Position numbers and translations under genes: made by a program
From: Opitutia bacterium
GTDB lineage: Bacteria > Verrucomicrobiota > Verrucomicrobiia > Opitutales > Opitutaceae
DNA length: 64,000 bases
Direction: 5' to 3'
Assembly: GCA_947478395.1 (NCBI GenBank)
Contig: CANJVR010000005.1
Span: 64,001-128,000, forward strand
In this document: one piece after another, positions 49,239-58,624 of the stretch
Numbering within the stretch: the stretch's first letter is position 1
Layout of the letters: each line of letters opens with the position of its first letter
The notes under the pieces: model-generated
Seen by the model: the letters and a program-made list of their open reading frames with translations, nothing else
Told to the model about the DNA's origin: nothing
Databases searched by the model: none

Positions 49239-49298
49239 AGTGCGTTATCCTTAAAGCGCCGGTCTGGCATTCATCCCGTACGAGCTGGTCTGGCGGGG

Positions 49299-49574
49299 TT
49301 GGTCGTTCAGTTATCCCTCCGCGGATTTTTTTCGCCGCCGCCCGTCACGATGCCCCGCGCCGCCGCCGTGTCCATCAGCCGCAACGACAACTTGGCGGGC
49401 GATTCAAACCTCATTGCGACTAGCAATGCGATGGGCGCGTTTGCTTTTCTGTCGGCCAGCAGCCTCGACGCTGCACGCGACCATAAGGGATCCGAGAATG
49501 GTCATGCGGTGAAGGTCCCCAGCGCGGGGTCGACGACCGGCGTGGCGCTCGTGGAACTTTACCAATTGCCGTAA
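49299..49574 (+). pseudogene. Degenerate remnant of the C-terminal domain shared by the two downstream secreted proteins
   Basis: RNDNLAG...MGAFAF...SSLDAA...TTGVALVELYQLP aligns by eye with SNDNWGG...VGAFQL...SSKDAV...TTGVALIEIYEVP at the end of the S8 protein. Confidence 0.65.
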
Positions 49575-49609
49575 CCGATTTGGGCCAGCAACGTCATCGA
49601 CGCCGCGTC

Positions 49610-52381
49610 ATGAATTTCCATCCCGGTCTCACGCTTCTTTCACGAACCTGGTTTTTTGCGTTCGTTCTGTCACTTGCAGTGTCCGGCTCGATTGCGCGCG
49701 CCCAAGGTGGTGGGGGTGGCGGTGGCGGCGGAGTTCCGCCCGGGGGTGGCGGCGTTAACGTTCCCGGCGGCGGCGGAGCAACTAACCCCGGCGCAGGCGG
49801 CGGCGCTGGAGGGGGCGGCGGAGCCGGAGCCGCCACCGACCCGAGCATTATAGCGGTCAGCGGCATGTTGACCGACGACACGCAGCAGGCCGCGATCGCG
49901 ATTCCCAACACCGGCACGGCGCGCCCGACCGCGACTTATCTCTGGAGCATCATCGGCGGACGCTTTCTCACCAACGACCTGACGCAAGCGACCATTGGTT
50001 TCACCGCCGTCAAAGCGGGCACGCTGACGCTGACCTGCGTCGTAACGGTCACGGGCAAGCAGCCATTCTCGGCCACCACGACGATCACCGTCATCGACCC
50101 GAGCAGCGCCGGCCTCATCACCGCGCCTGCGAACGTCGCCACGAGCGCCACATCCGCCGCCGCCAGCGTGCCGGCCGCGCAAAGCGCCGACCGTACGTTT
50201 CGCTGGACTGTGACCGGAGCCGCAGCGGGACTGCTCACCGGGCAGAATACCAATGCGATTACGTTCCGGCCCGGCGATCCCGGCGTGAAGGAACTCACCT
50301 GCGTCGTCACTTTCAACGCCATCCGGGTCAGCGTCACTCTCCGGGCTTTTGTCGTCGTGCAGGGCTCGGGTCCGCTCGTCGCGCTCACCGTCAACGGCGG
50401 CTTCGGCGGCGGGAATTATCCCGGCGGTTCCCGCGTCGATATTTTTGCCTCTACGCCTCCGGCAGGCCAGGTGTTCGATCGCTGGACCGGCGACACCACG
50501 GTATTGGGGAACGGCCCGCTGGCACCGTTCATGGCCCATACACTGATCACGCTTCCGTCCACGGCTGTGACGTTAACCGCTACCTACAAAGCCGCGGCGC
50601 CCTGGACGCCGACAACCGTCACGGCCTTCAATCCGCAAACGAACACGCCAGCCAACGGCGGCACGCCCACCACGGTGTCGACCACACTCACGTATTACAT
50701 TCCCGCCGGAGCCCAGGGCGTGGTGCTGCTGTTGCACGATAACGGCGGCGCGATTGCCGACTGGTTCACGGCGCCCGAAGCCGCGCTGCTCATGCGCGAT
50801 TTGGTCGCCGCGGGGTACGGTGTCGCCGCTCTTAACAGCGTCAATCGCAACACCCGCGCCTGGAACGGCCAAGCCACGCTCGCCGCCAATCTCGATGCCG
50901 CCAATTTCAACGCCGCGCTCGCCAAGTTCGCCACCGATGGATTGCTCGCCGCGAACAAGCCGGTGTTTCTCCTCGGCTTCGGCGCGGGCGCGGATACCGC
51001 GTCGCGATTTGGCGATCTCTTGCTCAACGCCACACCCTCGCGCCCCGTGCGCGGCGTGGTGCTATTCTGCGCCGCAGGAGTGGAAGCCGCGGCTGTCACC
51101 TCGCGCATCCCGGAGCTTTACCTTCTCGCCGCGAACGACACGACCCTCGGGACCGCAGCGGCAACCACAGCCCGCAACAACAGTCAGCTGCTCGCCGGCC
51201 GCGGCATGGCCACGGCCGTAATCAACAATGCGGCCTCGCCCGTGCATTCGGGCCGGTTTCGCGCGCTCGGGGTGACGAACGCCGGCTTCACTACGGCCGA
51301 CGCCCAAACCCTTTGGACCGCGATCAAAAACTCCGGCCTCCTCGACGAGAACAACTACGTTAAGGAAATTCCTTCGACGACCGCCCTCACCGCGGCTGTG
51401 CCCGCTGCGTACCAAACTCGCCTGTCCGACATCGGAGCCCAGCTCAACGCCGCCTACGCAGAGCAGGAATTCTTCAGCGACGCCAACGCGCGCATCGTCA
51501 ATTTCCTCAACGCGCGCGTCGCCGGTACCGCCGCGCCCGCAGCCGGCCGCCTCACCAATCTTTCGACGCGGATCAAACTCGCTGCCGCGGGCGACACGCT
51601 GACGCTCGGGTTCACCATCACCGGCACGGAAAAAGCCACGCTTCTCATTCGCGGTATCGGACCAGCCCTCGCGGCTTTCGGCGTGCCCGGCGCACTCACC
51701 GCGCCGCGGCTGGAAGTAAATTCCGGGGACAAATTGCTGGTGGCTAACGAAGGCTGGGGCCAAGCACCCAACGTTGCCGCGACGATTTCCAGTGCGGCCT
51801 CCAGCGTGGGCGCCTTTCCGTTGACCGCCGGAAGTGGTGACTGCGCGGTACTGCTCACCCTCTCGCCTGGCGGTTACACGGCCACAATCAAGGGACTCAA
51901 CGGCGCGACCGGCGATGTGCTCGCCGAAGTTTACGACGTTTCAAAAAACACCACGCGCCTCAGCAATCTCTCGACCCTCGCGCGCGTGAGCAATCCCGGC
52001 GATCTCCTCATTCCCGGCATCACGATCGCTGGCGATCAGCCGCGTACGCTCATTCTCCGCGCCGTCGGACCTGGGCTCGCCGATCTCGGTGTCCAGGGCA
52101 CGCTCGGTGACCCAAATCTGAGCGTACTCAACAGCACCAGCCAAACGGTGGATACCAACAACAACTGGAGCGTAGGCGGCAGCGGCCCAACGCTCACGGC
52201 CGCGTTTCCCACGATCGGCGCGTTTGCGTTGAAAGCCAACAGCGCCGACGCCGCGCTCGTCGACCCCCTCACGCCCGGCGGCTACACGTTGCAAGTGGGC
52301 GCAGCGACCGCCCCAGCCGGCCAACCCAGCACCGCGTCGCCGATCGGTCTGCTGCTGGTTGAAGTGTACGAGGCGCCTTGA
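49610..52381 (+). CDS. Large secreted protein: Gly-rich linker, Ig-like repeats, alpha/beta-hydrolase-like domain, duplicated C-terminal domain
   Basis: Signal peptide, poly-Gly, GQVFDRWTGD repeat, LLHDNGG and FLLGFGAGA, two RLxNLS...EVY units. Confidence 0.8.
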   Translation: MNFHPGLTLLSRTWFFAFVLSLAVSGSIARAQGGGGGGGGGVPPGGGGVNVPGGGGATNPGAGGGAGGGGGAGAATDPSIIAVSGMLTDDTQQAAIAIPNTGTARPTATYLWSIIGGRFLTNDLTQATIGFTAVKAGTLTLTCVVTVTGKQPFSATTTITVIDPSSAGLITAPANVATSATSAAASVPAAQSADRTFRWTVTGAAAGLLTGQNTNAITFRPGDPGVKELTCVVTFNAIRVSVTLRAFVVVQGSGPLVALTVNGGFGGGNYPGGSRVDIFASTPPAGQVFDRWTGDTTVLGNGPLAPFMAHTLITLPSTAVTLTATYKAAAPWTPTTVTAFNPQTNTPANGGTPTTVSTTLTYYIPAGAQGVVLLLHDNGGAIADWFTAPEAALLMRDLVAAGYGVAALNSVNRNTRAWNGQATLAANLDAANFNAALAKFATDGLLAANKPVFLLGFGAGADTASRFGDLLLNATPSRPVRGVVLFCAAGVEAAAVTSRIPELYLLAANDTTLGTAAATTARNNSQLLAGRGMATAVINNAASPVHSGRFRALGVTNAGFTTADAQTLWTAIKNSGLLDENNYVKEIPSTTALTAAVPAAYQTRLSDIGAQLNAAYAEQEFFSDANARIVNFLNARVAGTAAPAAGRLTNLSTRIKLAAAGDTLTLGFTITGTEKATLLIRGIGPALAAFGVPGALTAPRLEVNSGDKLLVANEGWGQAPNVAATISSAASSVGAFPLTAGSGDCAVLLTLSPGGYTATIKGLNGATGDVLAEVYDVSKNTTRLSNLSTLARVSNPGDLLIPGITIAGDQPRTLILRAVGPGLADLGVQGTLGDPNLSVLNSTSQTVDTNNNWSVGGSGPTLTAAFPTIGAFALKANSADAALVDPLTPGGYTLQVGAATAPAGQPSTASPIGLLLVEVYEAP

Positions 52382-52717
52382 GGTGGTCGGGCGCTGCGGT
52401 ATCAAGGCCCGTATATTGGGCCGCGCCACCCCGCCCAGCGGGCGCACCCCTTCTATAGAAGAGGACCTTTAATCTGACTAACCTCTGAAGAGGGGCGCTC
52501 GCCGAGCCGAAATCGAGGCTCAATCAAAGCCGCCTCGCAGAATTTTACGGAGTCCCGTCGCCGCGCGAAAGCGCGGCTACGTTTCGAGTTCGGCGTTCGA
52601 CGCTTGGCGTTTCGAGTTCGCGGTGGAGCCGCGCACGAGCGGCGGGTTTGGAATTCGGAGGCACACCGACGAAGCCGGGCTTGTCGTAGCGTTCAGGTCC
52701 GCTCATTTTTCACCTGC

Positions 52718-55700
52718 TTGAATTCCATTTTTCTGCGTCGCCGGTGGCGCGATTTTTTCCATTTCATCGCCGTGATTTTGTCGCTGGTTCTGCGGAATTT
52801 CGCGACGGCTGCCGGTGAATCCGACGTTAAATTTACCACGCAGGAAATCGCCCAGGGCTACCGGGAAACCGCCGTCCTCGCCCTGCCCCGCGCCACGCAC
52901 CGCGCTCTCGCCGACGCGACCGAGGCCAGCGAGGGGCGTCGCCTCCTTAATAAATTTTCCCGCTTCGATGATCTCCGCGTACTCGCGCCCGCCCCCGGCG
53001 AGACAGCCGTGCAAGCCATCGCCCGGCTTCGCGCCACCGGGCGTTATGAATTTGTCGAACCCGACTACATCCGTCACGCGGACGTTACCCCGAACGACGC
53101 AAATTTTCCCACGCAGTGGTCCTATGCCAACACCGGGCTCTCCAACGGCCTGATCGGCGCGGATATCTCCGCTGCGGCGGCCTGGGATATTTTGCCTGAT
53201 GCGCCGAACGTCATCGTCGCCCTCGTCGACTCCGGCACCCGCCTGACGCACGGCGATCTAGCGGACAATCTCTGGCGGAATTCCGCGCCCACGTTTGGCG
53301 ATCTCAACGGCGCCCGTTTCACCAGCGGCAACGGCACCGCGACCAGTGGCGATCCCACGGACGACGACGGCCACGGCACGCACGTCTCCGGCATCGTGGG
53401 CGCAATCGGCAACAACGGCACCGCCGGCGGTGGCGTTGTCGGCGTGGCGTGGAAAGTTCAGCTCATGCCGCTTAAGTTTCTCAAGCCGACGGTGGGCGGC
53501 GCGATCTCCGACGCCATCGCGTGTATCGACTACGCGATCGGACACGGCGCCAAAATCATCAACGCCTCCTACGGAGAATCCGGGGGCAATTTCTCCAGCG
53601 CCGAATTCGCCGCCATCCGTCGCGCGCGCGACGCGGGTATCATCTTCGTCGCCGCGGCGGGTAACGACGGCGCCAACCTCGACATCTCGCCGCACTACCC
53701 CGCGAGCTACGCGCTCGATAACATCCTTGCCGTCGGCAACTCCGACCGGCGCGACGCCGCGGCCGCCAGCTCCAACTACGGCGCGGCGGTCGAGCTCTTT
53801 GCCCCGGGTTCGGAAATTCTGTCGACCTATAACACCAGCGACACCGCCACCACGGTCCTCAGCGGCACCTCGATGGCCGCACCGCACGTCTCGGGCGCGC
53901 TCGCGTTGCTCAAACAAAAATTCCCCAGCGATACCTACCGCCAGCTGATCAACCGCCTGCTGCGCTCCGTCGACGCCCCCGCTTCGCTCTTCGGGAAATC
54001 CCAGACAAACGGCCGGCTCAATCTCGCCCGCGCCCTGGCCTCGACCGACAACCGACCTTACAACGATGACTTTGCCGCTCGCGCCATTCTGGCCAGCGCC
54101 AACATTTCCACCCGCGCGTCCACCGTCGGTGCCACGCGCGAATCGGGCGAGCTCGCTCCAGGCGGTGTCACCGGTGGCGGGGGTTCGATCTGGTGGCAAT
54201 GGACCAGCAGCAGCGGTGGCACGGTTACAGTGAGTACTACGCCCTCCAGCAGTATCGACACGGTGCTCGCCGTTTACACCGGCAACAGCCTGGGCGGATT
54301 GACGCCTATCGCCGCCAACGACGACGCCCCCGGCGGCGGCACCAACAGCCGCGTCAGTTTTACCGCGCAGGCGGGCGTCGCCTATCAGATTGCCGTCGAG
54401 GGAAAAAATGGCGCCGCAGGTTTCGTCCAGCTCGCGATCAGCACGATCCCCTTGAACGACTCGTTTGCGACCCCGATCGATCTCACCGGCGTCAGCGCCA
54501 CCGTCACGGCGACCAATATCGGCGCCAGTCGCGAGAGCAGTGAACCCCGCATCGTCGGCAACGCCGGCGGCAGCTCTCTTTGGTACCGCTGGACTGCGCC
54601 GAAGAGCGGCCGCTTCCAGCTCGCCGCCACCAGTTCCGATCTCGATCCGATTCTCGCCGTCTACACCGGCAGCGCTCTGAGCACCCTCACGCTCATCACC
54701 GCCAACGACGACATTCGAGCCGACTCGCTCGACACGTCCAGCCTCTGCACTTTCGACGCGGTCGCCGGCACCACCTATCGCTTCGCCCTGGACGCGAAAT
54801 CGGGCACCGGCGTCTTCACGCTCACACTCAACGATTCCCTCTGGCAGGCCGCCGCGACCGATAGCATCACCAGCTCTCCCGCCGTGGCGGCCGACGGCAC
54901 GGTCTACGTCGGGAGCATCGACAAATCCCTCTATGCGTTCACGCCCGACGGAACGCAGAAGTGGTCCTTTCTCACGGGTGGATCGCTCGACAGTTCCTCC
55001 GCCGCGGTTGGCTCCGATGGGACCGTGTACGTCGGCTCGAACGACCGAAAATTTTACGCCGTCAATCCCGACGGCTCGCAGCGCTGGGTGTACGATCTCG
55101 GGGGCGCCACCGCGGCCGCATCCAACAGCCCGGCTATCGCCGCGGATGGCACCGTCTATTTCAAAGCCGCCGATGGTTACGTTTACGCACTCAACGGCAC
55201 GGACGGCTCGCAACGCTGGCGCTACAACGTGAACGGCGCCGATGGTTCGCACTACGGCAGCCCCACGATCGCGGCCGACGGGACGATTTATCAGGGCTCG
55301 TCCGACAACCGGCTCTACGCGATCAATCCCGACGGTTCGAAGAAATGGACGTACATTCCCGCGACGGGCGATGGGGGCATTTATTCGCCGCCCGCCATCG
55401 ATGCCGCGGGCCATATCTATTTCACGTCGCTCACGGGCGGGATCTATTCCCTCACGAGTGCTGGTACGTTGCGCTGGCGTTTCGCCTCGGGCGGCAACTG
55501 CACTTCCACGCCCGCGCTCAGCGGCGACGGCTCGACGCTCTACTACGGCGGCTACGATAAAAAACTTTATGCGCTCGCGACGACGAACGGGGCCGTGCGC
55601 TGGACGTCCCCAATCGGCGACGAAGTGCGCGCGGCCTCGCCCGCCGTCGACACCAACGGCACGATCTACATCGGGTGCTATGATAAAAAAATCTACGCGA

Positions 55701-56980
55701 TTAACCCCGACGGTTCACTGAAACGCACCTGGGCCACCGGCGATTTCATCCGCTCGTCGCCGGCGATCGCGGGCACCACGCTCTACATCGGGAGCAACGA
55801 TCAGAAAATTTACGCGTTCGACCTTGGCGTCGGTTCCGCCGGTGGACCGTGGCCGCAATACCGCGCCAATGCCCGCCGGATCGGCCGCGCCGTCAGCGAC
55901 ACTACGTCCGTTCTGATCGCTCCGCTCTCCCAAATCGCAGCCATCGGCTATCCGCTCACGCTCAGCGTTTCGGCCGCGAATGCCGTTTCCTACCAATGGC
56001 AAAAAGACGGTGCCGTGATCGCCGGGGCCACCGGCTCGACGTACTCGGTCGCGAGCACAACCGCCGCCACCGCCGGAAACTACACCGTCGTCGTCAACGG
56101 CCTGAACGGCAGCGTCACGAGCGCGCCGGCCGTCGTGACCGTCGAGGCGCCTGCGATTGGCCGTCTCGTGAACCTTTCCGCCCGTACGGGCGCAGGCATC
56201 GGCGCCCAGGCTCTGATCGTCGGCTTCACGATCGGCGGTGGCACCGGAAAATCCGTCCTAATCCGCGGTATCGGCCCAAGCCTCACGGCCTTTGGCGTAG
56301 CCGGCGCGCTCAGCGATTCAACGCTCACGCTCTACAACTCGGTCGCAACGCAACTGGCGTTTAACGACAACTGGGGCGGCACCGCGACGCTGAACGCAGC
56401 CGCCACGAGCGTCGGCGCGTTCCCCCTCGACGCGGCGTCGAAGGACGCCGCTATTTTGGCGCCCGCACTCTCGGCCGGAAGCTTTACCGCCCAAATCGCG
56501 GGCGTCAGCGGGGCCACCGGTATTGCACTCGCGGAAATCTACGACGCCGATCCTGTCCCCGCCGGCGCGCAGCCGCTGACGGCGGCCTCGCGCCTGGTCA
56601 ACGTTTCAGCTCGCGCCCAAGTCAACACGGGCGGCGGCATCCTGATCACGGGTTTCACGATTTCCGGCAACGTCCCCAAAACCGTGCTGATCCGCGCCAT
56701 CGGTCCAAACCTCACGCAATTCGGGGTCAGCGGCGTGCTGGCCGATCCGCGCCTCGATCTTTATCGCGGCGCGGTGGTGATTCAGAGCAACGACAACTGG
56801 GGCGGCACGGCCGCGTTGAGCGCGGCCTTTACAAGTGTGGGCGCGTTTCAACTTTCCCCCGCCTCGAGCAAGGACGCCGTGCTGCTGGTCACGCTGCCGC
56901 CCGGGGGCTACACCGCCCAAGCCAGCGGCGTCGGCAACACGACCGGCGTGGCGCTGATCGAGATTTACGAAGTGCCCTGA
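52718..56980 (+). CDS. Secreted S8 subtilase with PPC-like domains, PQQ-type beta-propeller repeats, Ig domain and duplicated C-terminal domain (start uncertain)
   Basis: Triad VDSG / GHGTHVSG / GTSMAAPHVSG; about 8 SSPA..DGT.Y.GS.D..LYA repeats; SYQWQKDG; two RLVN.SAR units. Confidence 0.9.
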   Translation: MNSIFLRRRWRDFFHFIAVILSLVLRNFATAAGESDVKFTTQEIAQGYRETAVLALPRATHRALADATEASEGRRLLNKFSRFDDLRVLAPAPGETAVQAIARLRATGRYEFVEPDYIRHADVTPNDANFPTQWSYANTGLSNGLIGADISAAAAWDILPDAPNVIVALVDSGTRLTHGDLADNLWRNSAPTFGDLNGARFTSGNGTATSGDPTDDDGHGTHVSGIVGAIGNNGTAGGGVVGVAWKVQLMPLKFLKPTVGGAISDAIACIDYAIGHGAKIINASYGESGGNFSSAEFAAIRRARDAGIIFVAAAGNDGANLDISPHYPASYALDNILAVGNSDRRDAAAASSNYGAAVELFAPGSEILSTYNTSDTATTVLSGTSMAAPHVSGALALLKQKFPSDTYRQLINRLLRSVDAPASLFGKSQTNGRLNLARALASTDNRPYNDDFAARAILASANISTRASTVGATRESGELAPGGVTGGGGSIWWQWTSSSGGTVTVSTTPSSSIDTVLAVYTGNSLGGLTPIAANDDAPGGGTNSRVSFTAQAGVAYQIAVEGKNGAAGFVQLAISTIPLNDSFATPIDLTGVSATVTATNIGASRESSEPRIVGNAGGSSLWYRWTAPKSGRFQLAATSSDLDPILAVYTGSALSTLTLITANDDIRADSLDTSSLCTFDAVAGTTYRFALDAKSGTGVFTLTLNDSLWQAAATDSITSSPAVAADGTVYVGSIDKSLYAFTPDGTQKWSFLTGGSLDSSSAAVGSDGTVYVGSNDRKFYAVNPDGSQRWVYDLGGATAAASNSPAIAADGTVYFKAADGYVYALNGTDGSQRWRYNVNGADGSHYGSPTIAADGTIYQGSSDNRLYAINPDGSKKWTYIPATGDGGIYSPPAIDAAGHIYFTSLTGGIYSLTSAGTLRWRFASGGNCTSTPALSGDGSTLYYGGYDKKLYALATTNGAVRWTSPIGDEVRAASPAVDTNGTIYIGCYDKKIYAINPDGSLKRTWATGDFIRSSPAIAGTTLYIGSNDQKIYAFDLGVGSAGGPWPQYRANARRIGRAVSDTTSVLIAPLSQIAAIGYPLTLSVSAANAVSYQWQKDGAVIAGATGSTYSVASTTAATAGNYTVVVNGLNGSVTSAPAVVTVEAPAIGRLVNLSARTGAGIGAQALIVGFTIGGGTGKSVLIRGIGPSLTAFGVAGALSDSTLTLYNSVATQLAFNDNWGGTATLNAAATSVGAFPLDAASKDAAILAPALSAGSFTAQIAGVSGATGIALAEIYDADPVPAGAQPLTAASRLVNVSARAQVNTGGGILITGFTISGNVPKTVLIRAIGPNLTQFGVSGVLADPRLDLYRGAVVIQSNDNWGGTAALSAAFTSVGAFQLSPASSKDAVLLVTLPPGGYTAQASGVGNTTGVALIEIYEVP

Positions 56981-57074
56981 TTGAGCCGCGACGGGCGGCT
57001 CAATCGGCAATTTCGAGTTCGGGGTTTAAGGGTGCGCGTGACAAGGATCCCATGCGTCCGCTCCGCTTTCCCAC

Positions 57075-57239
57075 TCAAGCGGATTAAGTTTTCTCGTGGC
57101 CGTTTGCTGTAGCGGCCGACGTCTCTGCCTGGCGATACACGGCCGCCAAACCCGGCAGGCAGGGACGCCTGCCGCTACGCCGTGTGCGGTCCACCATGAG
57201 CGGCTGCGCGTCGGCTTACGCCGCTCTCGTTCCGCTCTA
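57075..57239. mobile_element. MITE-like repeat, copy 5 (reverse)
   Basis: TCAAGCGGATTAAGTTTTCTCGTGGCCGTTT flank, REP doublet, ends CCGCTCTA overlapping the rsmB stop. Confidence 0.7.
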
Positions 57240-58541
57240 CAATTTTCGCCGCAGCAAAAACGCCGCAGCCCCGTCGTGACCCGTCACCCAGGGCTGGCTC
57301 GCGACCTGGCCCTCAAGTTTGAACGGGCTGCCGGCGCGGCTTTCGAAAAATGTTTTGATCACGCTTTCGTTTTCTTCGCGATCAATGCTGCACGTCGAGT
57401 AAACGATCCGCCCGCCGGGCGCGACAAGCTTGGCCGCCGCGTGGAGCAACTCGAGTTGCTGCCGGCCATGTTTATGGAAATCGCCCTCCTGCAGGCGCCA
57501 CTTCACGTCGACGCGATGCCGCATCACGCCGGAGTTCGTACACGGCACGTCGATCAACACGGCGGGATATTCCGTCGGCAGCTTAACCTCGTCGAGGTGT
57601 GCAAACCCACCATGCGCGACGTCCGCCTGCACCAGCGCCACTTCGACGCCCTCGATGCGCGAAAGATTTTCCTTCAACCGGTCGATGCGCGCACCGGGCA
57701 GGTCCATTGCGACAATGCGGCCCGACTTCATCGTGTCAGCGATGAGCAAACTTTTACCCCCGGGCGCGGCACAGACGTCGAGCACGGCCTCACCGGGTTG
57801 CGGCGCCAGCAACTCGACGGCCAGGCGCGTGCCGGGATCTTGCAGATAAAGTTTCCCTTTCTTCAGCAGCGGCTCGACCGCCCCCCAGTGACCGGACTCG
57901 ACCTCGAAAAATCCGGACCACGGCGTCGGCTTCAACCAAGCCGGCGCGGGCGTGGCGGCATCGCGCCAACGGGCATAAACCGGAGCGGGCGTCTGATTCC
58001 ATTTCAACAATGCGCGAGTGTGCTCCGCGCCAAAGTCGAGCAGCCAACGTTTCACGAGCCATTCGGGATGCGAATAATATTCCGCGAGCACGCCGGCGGG
58101 CGCGAGCCGGTTGGGGGCGACCTGTCCGTGCAACGCGATCGCCAACTTACGCACCACCGCATTGACGAGCCGCCCCTCAGCGGGGCTAGAAAGGATCTTC
58201 GCCTGGTCCACGGCGTGATGGACGATTTTTGCCACCATGCCCTTGTCGGCGTGTTCGCCCTCGGCCTCGATCAGCTCGAAGCCCGCGATGAACAGAACCG
58301 CCCGGGTCGAGTAGCGCGGCGGATGCGCGATCAATTCGGCCAGCGCGTGCTCGAGCCGGCTTGCATGCCGCACCACGCCGAAGACCAGATGCTGGCAGCG
58401 CGCGCGCTCAGCCCCGGCGAGTTTGCCCGGCAGCGTGTCGAAGAGCGCGTCGATCCGCTCGCGTCGTTCCAGCCAGCGAGCGACGAGTTGGGCCGCGGCC
58501 GGCCACGCGGCCGGACGTACGATTTCAGCTAAAATGCTCAT
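57237..58541 (-). CDS. rsmB: RsmB/NOP2-family RNA m5C methyltransferase
   Basis: YSHPEWLV, LDVCAAPGGK, DVPCTNSGV, YSTCSI...ENE. Confidence 0.9.
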   Translation of the reverse strand: MSILAEIVRPAAWPAAAQLVARWLERRERIDALFDTLPGKLAGAERARCQHLVFGVVRHASRLEHALAELIAHPPRYSTRAVLFIAGFELIEAEGEHADKGMVAKIVHHAVDQAKILSSPAEGRLVNAVVRKLAIALHGQVAPNRLAPAGVLAEYYSHPEWLVKRWLLDFGAEHTRALLKWNQTPAPVYARWRDAATPAPAWLKPTPWSGFFEVESGHWGAVEPLLKKGKLYLQDPGTRLAVELLAPQPGEAVLDVCAAPGGKSLLIADTMKSGRIVAMDLPGARIDRLKENLSRIEGVEVALVQADVAHGGFAHLDEVKLPTEYPAVLIDVPCTNSGVMRHRVDVKWRLQEGDFHKHGRQQLELLHAAAKLVAPGGRIVYSTCSIDREENESVIKTFFESRAGSPFKLEGQVASQPWVTGHDGAAAFLLRRKL

Positions 58542-58624
58542 GCGATGAGGCGGCCGAGACACAGGTTGACAGGATTAGTCATTGTCCCCTCAACTCTCCC
58601 GTTCAGCCCCTCACTCACGCAATC

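Noticed and set aside
53258..55414. Long antisense ORFs (718 aa here, also 21329-22777, 33369-34541, 57096-58532)
   Set aside because: Shadow frames typical of high-GC codon bias, opposite well-supported genes, with no recognisable motifs.
54840..55830. Regularly spaced DNA repeats that might look like a CRISPR array
   Set aside because: They are degenerate codons for PQQ-type propeller blades within the S8 protein; there are no identical repeats with unique spacers and no cas genes.
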